Shown here piece after piece: positions 45,059-54,889 of a stretch of DNA of 64,000 nucleotides. The position numbers were made by a program, and so were the translations under genes. The stretch comes from a virus: the IMG/VR virus record IMGVR_UViG_3300009149_006183, positions 1-64,000 of that record; one strand, given 5' to 3'. Within the stretch, counting starts at the first letter, position 1, and every line of letters begins with the position of its first letter. The notes beneath the pieces were generated by a model. It was not told the DNA's origin, made no database searches, and saw only the letters and a program-made list of their open reading frames with translations.

Positions 45059-48000
45059 TTATTCATCTTTTTTAAAAAGATATCCCCAACCATAGATTTT
45101 GACAGTAGAATCTGTATTATAGTTTTTAATTTCATTGGCTATCTTTAAAAATTGTCTATTGGCAATATTAATCGTAAAATTACTGTATTTCTGCGTTTTA
45201 AATAATATCTCTCCACGCCTGGGGTATGCAAAGTATTCACTATTGTTTACTATATCTCCGTCACTATTAAATAAAACAATAAATGCCCCATCAGCCCACG
45301 GCCCATTTGTAGTTTTATAAAGAAATTTGTCAACTCGAATTAAAGGCTCGAAGGATTGTCCTAAAAATTCTCCGTCTCTTTTAGGAATAATAAACTTGCC
45401 ATTTTTATCTTGAGAAGGAACTCCGTAATTCCCAAAATCTAGCCAGTCAGCCGAAGTACTAGACAATGATATTCCAGATTTAATAAATTGACTATATATA
45501 TCTGTTGAGTCTGTTTCTGTGCTAACAACTATTTCTTTTATTGGAGTCAACAAATCAATAGAATTAGTGAATATATAATCGATCTTCGGTTTTGTTATAT
45601 CTATAAAAAGCCCAGTGACTAAAGGATCTGGAAAAGATCCGCCATATTCATTATAAACTAAGCCTGATAATAATTCAAAATCGAATTTAATATATTTTCC
45701 ATCTATTTCGCTCAAATTAACGGTTGCATTCGGTTCAATCCAGTTAGAATACTCTGTATAATTATACCGATCCTGACTAATTGCAAATCTCCACCTACCA
45801 TCCGAGCTAGACGGTAGAGTAAAATACGCTGTCAAATTATTTATTCTATAAATATCTAAAAAGTCATAAATATACGTTGCAGAGCCATAGCCTAACGATC
45901 CACGAACGCCACCAGATAATAGACCGATATAATCGTTGATAGAATCAGTGTCATTTAGCGTGAGACTCTGTCCTTTTGTTTTATTAGATATGAGATTATA
46001 ATCTTTTATTATAGTCTGTTCGTATAATGATGGAGAAATATCATTGAATGATATATTTGAAATAATTACAGGAACATTTTCTGAACCTATTCCCAAAACC
46101 CTATCTATGGCCCCATTAGTGGTTATTGTTGATGAATTAGGCTCGTCGTCACAAAATACCATAATCAATTTTTTGTCATCGTCGTATAATATATTTGATA
46201 AATCAATAGTACTTTCCTCGATAGCCGATTGTAAAGGAGAGTTCCCTATAGGCTCTAAAGTCGAAAGAGTATCTATTATATCTATCGCTTCGTTGCCACC
46301 AATCGGAATTGCGGTTAATGTCTCTATTTCTGAAATATATCCAGAACTGGATTTGCAATTTATATACGAAGCATTATTTTGATATAATTTGTTTGATAAA
46401 ATAGAAATGATTTCGTCTTCACCGGTCATCTGTTTGATTGTAATATTATTACTAATATTCGATCCATCGATATCAAGATAAACAATTGGATTATCTATTG
46501 AGACAAACCCAATAAAGTTCTTGCCAACATAATTACTATCTATAATAGTAACCTGTAAAACTATTTTATATTGAATATTATCTTCTGACTCGTTAAATAA
46601 AGCCGTATTCGTTACTAGATTTAAAACGTCTTCTGACCGGGCACGGACAAGGACATTTCCGCTACCATTTAATAATATTAACCGACCGTCATCCAACTCT
46701 ACATTATAACTGGCGAATTCAGTTGGTATTGTATATATAAGTTCTCCTGTAGCAGAAGCTGATTGTATAAACCCTTTGATACTAACCTCGATATCTCCTG
46801 TAAATTCAGTTCCAGTCTCATCTTCAAGATTTATATGTATATTTATTCCCTGCTTATTGTTCAATAACAAAGTGCCTGTTGATATTTCAGAGTTTATTAG
46901 TAAGAAGCTTTCCGACTTGCCGCTTTTAATTCCACCGTAGATATATAAATAAGTAGTCCCAGCAACGCTAGCAACCGAACAAGCCGCCCCATTAAGTCCA
47001 TAGATTAAACCGTCTTGTTCGGTAGCATTAAACTCTGAAGAGGCGTAGTTTACAACATTAAAACTTCTTAAAAATTCGCTATCGATATTAGCTCCACCCA
47101 TTATATATAGATTTTTCATATAATTACACGCCGCCGACTTATAATTAGGAAACGGCATATTCAACCAATATTTATCAGATAGTTCTACAGTTTCTGTAGA
47201 GATATTATAATTAAAACTATCTTTCATTATTACTTCAGTTCCACTTATATCTGATGCTCCACCTAAAACGTAAATAGTACTATCCTTTACAAAAGAATAA
47301 GGGGAGAATCTTAAATAAAACGACAACTCGCTGTCTATAGTATCAGAATACGACCAAGAATTTCCGGCTATATTATATTTAAGAATTCTATCATTATAAA
47401 TATTAGTTCTACCATCAAAAGAGATGTCCCTTATGCCGCTTAATATATAAACATTTCCAGAAATGATTTCTGCGACACCATAAGCTATTCCATATTTAGC
47501 GTCAGATTCTACAATATCTATCTCGCTAATCGACGGCATATCTCTCAAAATTAACCAAGAGTCGTTAACTGTATCATATCTTTCTACTGATTGGCTTACC
47601 GACAAAGCATTACTCTCGACATCGTATACTAATCCACCAAATATATAAATATAATTTCCTAAAACAATGGACTCTGCGGCAAATTTTTTAATGGGAGACG
47701 GCTCTTTTGTCGTCCATGTCTCAGTAGTCGGATTATACTCTTCTACCGAATCTTCTATTATATTGCTATTTAGTCCACCAATAACATATATCTTATTATT
47801 AACTGTTTGCCCTACAAAAAAAGCTCTAGAAATGGTCATGTCATCCTTTGATTCCCAACCAGAACTTAAGCCGGTATCAATATCCATACGGTACGTTTCT
47901 TTTGAAAACATGTTTCCCTCATTACCTGCGGCAGTATCTTCGTCATCAAAAAAGAATTTAATTTTAAATACTTTGACAGTGTTTACTGCTTCGCCAAGAT

Positions 48001-51000
48001 TATAAGGAAATATCACATACAACTCTGACTTAAACGTCTCATTTGCGGGTATTGGATTTAAGACAATAGAAGCATAACTTCTTATATCTTCTGAATAGTC
48101 AGGTATAATATGATTTATGCAGTAAACTAGATTGTCTTCAACATTTAGCACCGGATCTCCAAAGTTAACGGTCTGACAGAATATAGGAGTTCCGGCTTCT
48201 ACTGGGTATCCTCCACAAGAAACATCTATAATAATCTCGTTTTTAGAAATTCCATCGACAACTAGATTATCAACAGTAGCTCCATTTACTCTTTTGTCTA
48301 TTACTGTTATATGCAACGACTCGCGAGGAATAAGTATTGACGGGATAAGAGTATCACTGACACCTCCTCCACCCGTCAAGGATATAACTTTTCCGTCGAA
48401 TACAGTTGTTAGTGATCCTGATATTGTAATCTCATTAAGATATTCTATAATATTATTATCTGGCATGCACCCGCATATTGGCTCAACGGTTTGAGTTCCA
48501 ACCGAATATTGATTATAGTTCTTAATTTCTCCTTCTGCTACCGGCCCAGGATTTTTGTACCATTGAGCGGCCATGATAATCATGTCTTTCACGGTTATCG
48601 CCCCGTCACCGTCCAGATCCCCCTCTGCCAACGTAGCTCCGTTTGTTCCATAATATGATATGAGTGTCGCAAAATCCGCCGAGTCTACGCTTCCATCTCC
48701 AGTTAGATCTCCTGATGCTCCGGAAATTCCCAAAGACTCTCCGAACACTTTGTTAATCCTAAAATATACGTTAGTAAACAGTGCATCTTCCAAGGCAACA
48801 TAAGCATGACCGAATGATGATGACGCGTTGCTTGTATCTAATTCGGCCCGGCCGGTATACGGATCTATTATTTCGACAACATCTCCCCATAAAATTTCGA
48901 CTGCTGGATCGCTTGCAGAAATATAAACCAATTGCCCAGGCTCTAACTCGTATATGGTTTTGCCGAGAGTTAGCATACAACCCCTAAAGCAATCAGAATA
49001 TTTTGTAGTAGAGCTAGAAGCATCATGAGATATCGTCATTTTAGCGTAGTCAATACCATCAGAAAATACCTCTTGTTTTAAGTCGTCAAATTCCATTAAA
49101 AAGTGAGAAGAGGCAGATGATTGTCCGGTATCTAGTAATGGTTTATAGACTAAAGTAGAAGAAACCGTCTCTGAAACACCATTATATATAACAGAAGCGG
49201 TTAAAACATTTCTCTCAAATACCGGCTGCGAATTGTCATTATAGCTTAATGGTTGTATCGCAAATAGCGGCCCAATAAAGACATTATCAGCAACACCATT
49301 CGTTATATAAGAATACACGCCATCTGATTTAGAAACAGAATCTCGCGAAAAGATTGGACGACTAGTAGAGTTATCATCTTTTGCTAGAGTCCATTTAACC
49401 AGAGTATTATCATCCGGATAAGAAACTAAATCTAAGTCGTCTGGATTATCTGGATCTACAATATATACATTGGCAAATTGTTCTAGAGTATTAATTCCAT
49501 CAGATAATGGAACATTTGGAAGTAAATTTATTTTTAGGGTATTAGCGAACACAACAAAAAACTTTTTAATTATTTCAAGACTATTTACAGTTGCTTTAAC
49601 ATATATTAAAATCTTTTGCGGAGTTTCTGGGGGCAAAATATCTATATCGCAATATCTCATAGCCGCAGCAGCTTCAGGCTCTCCAGACGAGTCTAGGGGG
49701 TCTAAATCTCTTACTAAGGTCGGTAATACTCCAGAACTAGCCCGTATTATATCATTTCTTGTTGAAGCAATAGGCTCGATATTTGACGATAAATCTTTAT
49801 CTGCGTTATATATAGCAACTTCTATTTTATTTGGTCCCAAATATCTATTTCCACCAGAAGAAAACGAATTATAAGAGAATAAAGATCTTACTGTAAAGAC
49901 CTCTGACGAGTTAATATATGCTCCATCATAGGTTTTAATTTCTTTAGTAGCATTGTTTAAAGCTTCAACTTCTTTTTGAAAAACAAGATTAATAAATTTA
50001 TTTTTTAGGTTAGATAATTGCAAAGAAAAAGGATTAGAAAACCTTATTAAAAGCGGAATGGTCGTATATTCAAAAATATTTTCAGTATACGCCCCATTAG
50101 CATCTATAGTACTATTAACGTCTTCTACATAAAATGTGGGAGTTATCGTTACATTTATCTTATCCAGGTTCCTTAGTAATTTTCCATTATCAGAAATAGA
50201 TTTTATTCTCAAAGAAAATAACCCACTAGAATATCCAGACACAATATTAGACGTTACTATCCTAGATAACTCAGCATCGCTGACTGGAGTAAATGAAGTT
50301 TCCCCGTTAAAGATATCTTCAGCGTAATCGTCCGCTAAAACCTGTTGCACAGAAATATTTAATGATACCTTAATATCTTTATCCAGCACAGCTCCGAAAT
50401 CGTTCACTATCTTAGAATAGATGACCATTTCCTCAGAGAATAGAGCATCAATAGTTCTATCTTTAATCGGATCATCCCACGATAAACTTATAGAATTGCT
50501 ATCGAGTATTTCATAAGATAACCCTGTTACCATTTTTGTAGGGATGTCTTCATTGTTATTTCTAGAAGATGGTAAGCCAACAATGTTCTCTACAGGAGAG
50601 GTTCTTCTATACCTATCTATTGAGAATATAGAATAAAAATGTGTGATTTCATTAACCAATTCAGTATGCACATACTCTTCTAAAACACCTTCAAATATTT
50701 TTGTGCCAGTCTTCTTGCCGTCTTTTATGATAGGATAGGAATCATTAGAGTAATATATAGCACTTCGCCTGCTACCATCAAAAGAATTACCTGACCACTC
50801 TAAGTGTGTTTTGTTTTTTCCAGATGAAATTGACACACTATTTAAAGATAGCATTACATTATCAACACTTATATTCTGAAAAGCTTCAGCGGACATTCCA
50901 GGAATATAAACCGGAAGATTTGGCGACTCAAAGATGTTGCTATAGACACCATCGCTATTAACAGAGAATATTCTAAAATTGTAAGTACTATCTACAATAA

Positions 51001-52537
51001 AATCTTCTCTATACGAAAAATAAGTATCTCCGATGACTAGCGGTCTATTATATACAGATGTTCCATCTTGTTCATTAGAAGGTATTGTAAAATCATTTTT
51101 GATAATCTGAATAGCATTTATATTAGAAATATCGGGGATAGTAAAATCTAAAATAACAATTCTATCTCCATTATCAGTATCGGTAACGATAGATTCTGAG
51201 GCATAAGAACTAATATACGCTGGAGGTCTATACGCTTCGTGAACACTAATTTCCGTCATATACCCGTGAAAAAATGAAACATCATCACCGCCGATATATA
51301 TATTCATATCAGTAAGAGCAGAAAAAACAGAAGATGTAATTACACTATCTGTCTGATCGATTTCTCCGTTTATATACATTGATAGGCTTCCGGTCGCACC
51401 TATAGAAACTGCAACATGAACCCACTCATCCGCCGCTATATTGCTAATCGAATCTGTAGTGGACCCATTTATATTAAACCTCAATTTATTATTATTTAAA
51501 TATAAGCCCCAATCTATATCTATTCCATTAGTCCTTGTAATTATTGGAATATTCGCCCCAGAAGTATCAAAAGCGTGTACCCATCCCATAACTGCAAATG
51601 GACTGCTATATATTAACGAATTATACTCGTCGTCTGTTATTAGAAGATTGTCTACTCCATTAAATCTTAAACCAGATTCTCCAACTGGAACTTGATCTTT
51701 ATTAAGCCAGTACGGGCTTGAACCTTCAATAGATAAGTCATTAAGAGTAGTAAAGTCGTAGGCAATATCTCCATCACCCTCGTCAAAATGCCAGACGGAT
51801 AATACATTATCAACCACAACCGACGATCCCTTCAACACTCTATAACTAAAATTATTTATCGCCGGAGGAGCAGTAGAATCCTTTGGAAGTACCATCATTT
51901 GCGTAGGATCGCTAAAATTGCCATTTTCATCATAGGTATACACATTGTAATAATAAAGTGTTCCAGCGGTTAGAGAACTGTCTATTACTTTATTTGCAAG
52001 GCTGTCCAGAACTTCTTCTCCATCTGTCGGTCCGGTAGGAAAAGACCCAATTTTTCTAACGACTTTCACCCCATATATATTGTTAATTTGATCAGCATAG
52101 GCGTTATCCGTCTGTATAAAATTTACATTAAATAAGTCATTAATAGATAAAGCCCCAGTAAAAATAATTTTTACTCTTTGTCCCCCATATTTAACGATAT
52201 TATATTCAACGTTACCAGGATAAGACTCGGAAATATTACTAATGAGACCTGTAATAATGTCAAATCTATTTTTATCGATATCGTTCCAAGACATACTTCC
52301 ACTGTGATCTACGATGATATTTATCAATTTGTCTGTTAAGTCTAGAGAAATATCTTTTCCGCCAGATAAATTATTTACAAGTTTTGTCTCATTTAGATCA
52401 ACACCTGTAAATGTATTCTCGCTAATTGTCTCGCTAACAGGCGGATTGGTTTCGATATAGTTTCCGTACGCGTCTAGCGGATCGAAATCACTAAAGACTT
52501 TGAAAGCAAATTTTTTATTATAATCTAATGTCCACAT
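45059..52537 (-). CDS. Giant virion/adhesin-like protein: discontinuous vWA, FN3-like, LamG, dockerin-like, Kelch propeller
   Basis: IIVDHSGSM; WHFDEG..LRFNG..EWVHVAV..YING (LamG); GDLTGDG/GDLDGDG; repeated IYVIGG...VEEYNP...W (Kelch); GNSPL/VFCDDEPN. Confidence 0.8.
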   Translation of the reverse strand: MWTLDYNKKFAFKVFSDFDPLDAYGNYIETNPPVSETISENTFTGVDLNETKLVNNLSGGKDISLDLTDKLINIIVDHSGSMSWNDIDKNRFDIITGLISNISESYPGNVEYNIVKYGGQRVKIIFTGALSINDLFNVNFIQTDNAYADQINNIYGVKVVRKIGSFPTGPTDGEEVLDSLANKVIDSSLTAGTLYYYNVYTYDENGNFSDPTQMMVLPKDSTAPPAINNFSYRVLKGSSVVVDNVLSVWHFDEGDGDIAYDFTTLNDLSIEGSSPYWLNKDQVPVGESGLRFNGVDNLLITDDEYNSLIYSSPFAVMGWVHAFDTSGANIPIITRTNGIDIDWGLYLNNNKLRFNINGSTTDSISNIAADEWVHVAVSIGATGSLSMYINGEIDQTDSVITSSVFSALTDMNIYIGGDDVSFFHGYMTEISVHEAYRPPAYISSYASESIVTDTDNGDRIVILDFTIPDISNINAIQIIKNDFTIPSNEQDGTSVYNRPLVIGDTYFSYREDFIVDSTYNFRIFSVNSDGVYSNIFESPNLPVYIPGMSAEAFQNISVDNVMLSLNSVSISSGKNKTHLEWSGNSFDGSRRSAIYYSNDSYPIIKDGKKTGTKIFEGVLEEYVHTELVNEITHFYSIFSIDRYRRTSPVENIVGLPSSRNNNEDIPTKMVTGLSYEILDSNSISLSWDDPIKDRTIDALFSEEMVIYSKIVNDFGAVLDKDIKVSLNISVQQVLADDYAEDIFNGETSFTPVSDAELSRIVTSNIVSGYSSGLFSLRIKSISDNGKLLRNLDKINVTITPTFYVEDVNSTIDANGAYTENIFEYTTIPLLIRFSNPFSLQLSNLKNKFINLVFQKEVEALNNATKEIKTYDGAYINSSEVFTVRSLFSYNSFSSGGNRYLGPNKIEVAIYNADKDLSSNIEPIASTRNDIIRASSGVLPTLVRDLDPLDSSGEPEAAAAMRYCDIDILPPETPQKILIYVKATVNSLEIIKKFFVVFANTLKINLLPNVPLSDGINTLEQFANVYIVDPDNPDDLDLVSYPDDNTLVKWTLAKDDNSTSRPIFSRDSVSKSDGVYSYITNGVADNVFIGPLFAIQPLSYNDNSQPVFERNVLTASVIYNGVSETVSSTLVYKPLLDTGQSSASSHFLMEFDDLKQEVFSDGIDYAKMTISHDASSSTTKYSDCFRGCMLTLGKTIYELEPGQLVYISASDPAVEILWGDVVEIIDPYTGRAELDTSNASSSFGHAYVALEDALFTNVYFRINKVFGESLGISGASGDLTGDGSVDSADFATLISYYGTNGATLAEGDLDGDGAITVKDMIIMAAQWYKNPGPVAEGEIKNYNQYSVGTQTVEPICGCMPDNNIIEYLNEITISGSLTTVFDGKVISLTGGGGVSDTLIPSILIPRESLHITVIDKRVNGATVDNLVVDGISKNEIIIDVSCGGYPVEAGTPIFCQTVNFGDPVLNVEDNLVYCINHIIPDYSEDIRSYASIVLNPIPANETFKSELYVIFPYNLGEAVNTVKVFKIKFFFDDEDTAAGNEGNMFSKETYRMDIDTGLSSGWESKDDMTISRAFFVGQTVNNKIYVIGGLNSNIIEDSVEEYNPTTETWTTKEPSPIKKFAAESIVLGNYIYIFGGLVYDVESNALSVSQSVERYDTVNDSWLILRDMPSISEIDIVESDAKYGIAYGVAEIISGNVYILSGIRDISFDGRTNIYNDRILKYNIAGNSWSYSDTIDSELSFYLRFSPYSFVKDSTIYVLGGASDISGTEVIMKDSFNYNISTETVELSDKYWLNMPFPNYKSAACNYMKNLYIMGGANIDSEFLRSFNVVNYASSEFNATEQDGLIYGLNGAACSVASVAGTTYLYIYGGIKSGKSESFLLINSEISTGTLLLNNKQGINIHINLEDETGTEFTGDIEVSIKGFIQSASATGELIYTIPTEFASYNVELDDGRLILLNGSGNVLVRARSEDVLNLVTNTALFNESEDNIQYKIVLQVTIIDSNYVGKNFIGFVSIDNPIVYLDIDGSNISNNITIKQMTGEDEIISILSNKLYQNNASYINCKSSSGYISEIETLTAIPIGGNEAIDIIDTLSTLEPIGNSPLQSAIEESTIDLSNILYDDDKKLIMVFCDDEPNSSTITTNGAIDRVLGIGSENVPVIISNISFNDISPSLYEQTIIKDYNLISNKTKGQSLTLNDTDSINDYIGLLSGGVRGSLGYGSATYIYDFLDIYRINNLTAYFTLPSSSDGRWRFAISQDRYNYTEYSNWIEPNATVNLSEIDGKYIKFDFELLSGLVYNEYGGSFPDPLVTGLFIDITKPKIDYIFTNSIDLLTPIKEIVVSTETDSTDIYSQFIKSGISLSSTSADWLDFGNYGVPSQDKNGKFIIPKRDGEFLGQSFEPLIRVDKFLYKTTNGPWADGAFIVLFNSDGDIVNNSEYFAYPRRGEILFKTQKYSNFTINIANRQFLKIANEIKNYNTDSTVKIYGWGYLFKKDE

Positions 52538-52540
52538 AAT

Positions 52541-54889
52541 TTACTCGTTATATACCGATGGTTCGAGAGAGTACTCATCTGCGTCTACTCTCTCCCAAGT
52601 TATAAAGTTTTTATTATTAGATCCTGATACAGAAAAATATAGAGCATAAGAATCTAAGAAATCATTTGTTAAAGAAGAATCTATAAAATTCAAATCAAAA
52701 TTATACCACCCATCCTGCCGCAACTCACTAATAGATGTTTTAAAATCATGGATATATAGCGGCGTAGTCGGCTCAGAAGATCCATCGACTTCATACACTC
52801 CTATATGTGCAGTTATAAAAGGAGATTCTGTTTGTGTTAAAGCTGAATTTCCCGCCGGGGCGGCGCTTGGATTAATAGCTATCTGATCAAGGACAATATC
52901 TTCCGTATATAATCTTATTCCTAGATCATAAATGTTTCCATTTGATAGAGATATTGATCCAAGGCTATGCCACTCCCAATCTAATCCTGCAAAAGTTATA
53001 TTATATACGGATTTAAGGGCGGAATTAATATTAACTTCTATATTACAAGAGCCGATTCCTCCTGGATCTTTTAAGCGAACGTATAAATCATTATTTCCTG
53101 TATTTTTTATAGGATACTGGACTATACTAAAATCATCGGGGTCATCGGCTATCACGTAATTGATTATGCCATCAATATCGGAACCAACTGTTGTTATATT
53201 AAGATCCTCGCCAACTCCACATGTAATTTGAGCATTCGTCGCAACCCCTCCGTTAACCCCAACCGGAACCACTCCAGTAGAACTATCGCCCGCTGATAAC
53301 CAAGTATAACTTCCAGGGGCTAATGACGCCCCAATATACCAACCGACAACTCTAATTTTTTGTCCAGATGTCCCGCTTATAACAGCGAGACCCGTAGATC
53401 CTGCTGCAACATTTATGGCGACATCAAAAATACCGTTTTGGGCATCAACTAAAGAATAATTAAGAATTCCATCTATATCGGTCCCAACAGATGTTATATT
53501 CAGATCTTCTCCAACCCCACATGTAATTTGAATATCTGTGGAGACAACTCCATTAATACCAATAGGAATTACCCCGGTTTTAACATCCGTACCAGATAGC
53601 CACGTATAACTTCCAGACGCTATAGATGCTCCTAAATGCCAACCTGAAACCTGTATTCTCTTTCCTGGGACTCCATCTAGAACTTTAGTAGTACCAGCAG
53701 AAACATTAATAATAGAATCTAAATCATTAACCGAGGATACTTCGTCTTCTAAGGTATAATTAATAACTCCATAGATACCAGAGCCAACGGTTGTTATATT
53801 TAAATCTTCACCAACGCCACACGCTATTTTCATATTCGGCGTACCGCCACTGAAAACTCCGATAGGAATAGTTCCAGTCTTAGGGTTTGCGGCAGATAAT
53901 AGAGTATAACTACCAACCGCAACCGTTGATGCAAAATTCCACCCAGTAACTCTGATAATCTTACCGGGAACGCCAGTCACCACAGTTAAGCCAGTAGATC
54001 CAGCCGGTGCAGAAATAATAGCATCTAGAGTATCGTCTTGAGCGTCAATGACCCTATAATTAATTAAACCATCTATATCAGAAACGACCGCTGTTAAATT
54101 AAGGTCTTCTGAAGATCCACATGTTATTTGCTTTAATGTTGAGCTTCCACCATTTGCTCCGACAGGAATAATCCCAGTCTTGGGAGTTATATTTGAAACC
54201 CAAGTATAACTTCCGGCCGTATTAGCCCCCGCATACCATCCTACAATTTGTATTATTTTTCCAGCAATGGCATCTAATACTTTTGTGGTTCCAGCGGAAA
54301 CATTAATAACGGCATCTAATATGTCATTAGTATCTACAGACGGGTCAATAATTTCATAATTAACTATTCCATCTATATCCGCCCCAACAGTTGTTATGTT
54401 GAGGTCATCCCCGGTGGCACAAGTAAATTGAACATCGGTATTGCCACCTCCATTTATTCCTACAGGAATTACTCCAGTTTTGGAAGTAACGCCCGATAGC
54501 CAGGTATAGCTCCCCGGAGCTAAAGATGCTGCGACATACCATCCCAAAACTCTAATTTTCTTTCCAGGAACGCCAGCAACAATGGTTGTCGTCCCAGCCG
54601 AAACATTAACTGAAGCATTTAAAGCATTTGTAGAAAATGAAGGATAGGCATCTGACGGATAAATTAGATATCCAGATCCGCTATATCCTGCTTCAACATC
54701 TGTATAAAAAATTCTTTTAGGGCTATCTGTTAAAACGGAGAAATTACCTGCATCTATAACCGTTTGAGAAGAAACATCGAAAAATGCTCTATTATTAAAT
54801 AAACTTGTCAGTAGATAAGTAGAAGTTTTTGTCGGAATAAACTCCCCGTTTACTGAAAATATTTGAGCAGCCTTTGTTGCATTTATCAT
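52541..54889 (-). CDS. Virion protein with five ~97-aa beta-rich tandem repeats inside a CBM-like domain
   Basis: Repeat consensus INVSAG...GxPGKxIRVxGW...GSYTWLS...KTGxIPxGxNGG...ITCGxGEDLNITxVGxDIDGxxNY. Confidence 0.7.
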   Translation of the reverse strand: MINATKAAQIFSVNGEFIPTKTSTYLLTSLFNNRAFFDVSSQTVIDAGNFSVLTDSPKRIFYTDVEAGYSGSGYLIYPSDAYPSFSTNALNASVNVSAGTTTIVAGVPGKKIRVLGWYVAASLAPGSYTWLSGVTSKTGVIPVGINGGGNTDVQFTCATGDDLNITTVGADIDGIVNYEIIDPSVDTNDILDAVINVSAGTTKVLDAIAGKIIQIVGWYAGANTAGSYTWVSNITPKTGIIPVGANGGSSTLKQITCGSSEDLNLTAVVSDIDGLINYRVIDAQDDTLDAIISAPAGSTGLTVVTGVPGKIIRVTGWNFASTVAVGSYTLLSAANPKTGTIPIGVFSGGTPNMKIACGVGEDLNITTVGSGIYGVINYTLEDEVSSVNDLDSIINVSAGTTKVLDGVPGKRIQVSGWHLGASIASGSYTWLSGTDVKTGVIPIGINGVVSTDIQITCGVGEDLNITSVGTDIDGILNYSLVDAQNGIFDVAINVAAGSTGLAVISGTSGQKIRVVGWYIGASLAPGSYTWLSAGDSSTGVVPVGVNGGVATNAQITCGVGEDLNITTVGSDIDGIINYVIADDPDDFSIVQYPIKNTGNNDLYVRLKDPGGIGSCNIEVNINSALKSVYNITFAGLDWEWHSLGSISLSNGNIYDLGIRLYTEDIVLDQIAINPSAAPAGNSALTQTESPFITAHIGVYEVDGSSEPTTPLYIHDFKTSISELRQDGWYNFDLNFIDSSLTNDFLDSYALYFSVSGSNNKNFITWERVDADEYSLEPSVYNE
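53143..54626 (-). repeat. Five diverged ~290-bp coding repeats
   Basis: Five copies counted in the translation; approximate boundaries. Confidence 0.9.

Noticed and set aside
52541-54889. Diversity-generating retroelement TR/VR pair among the repeats
   Set aside because: No reverse transcriptase in the window, and repeat differences are not adenine-restricted.
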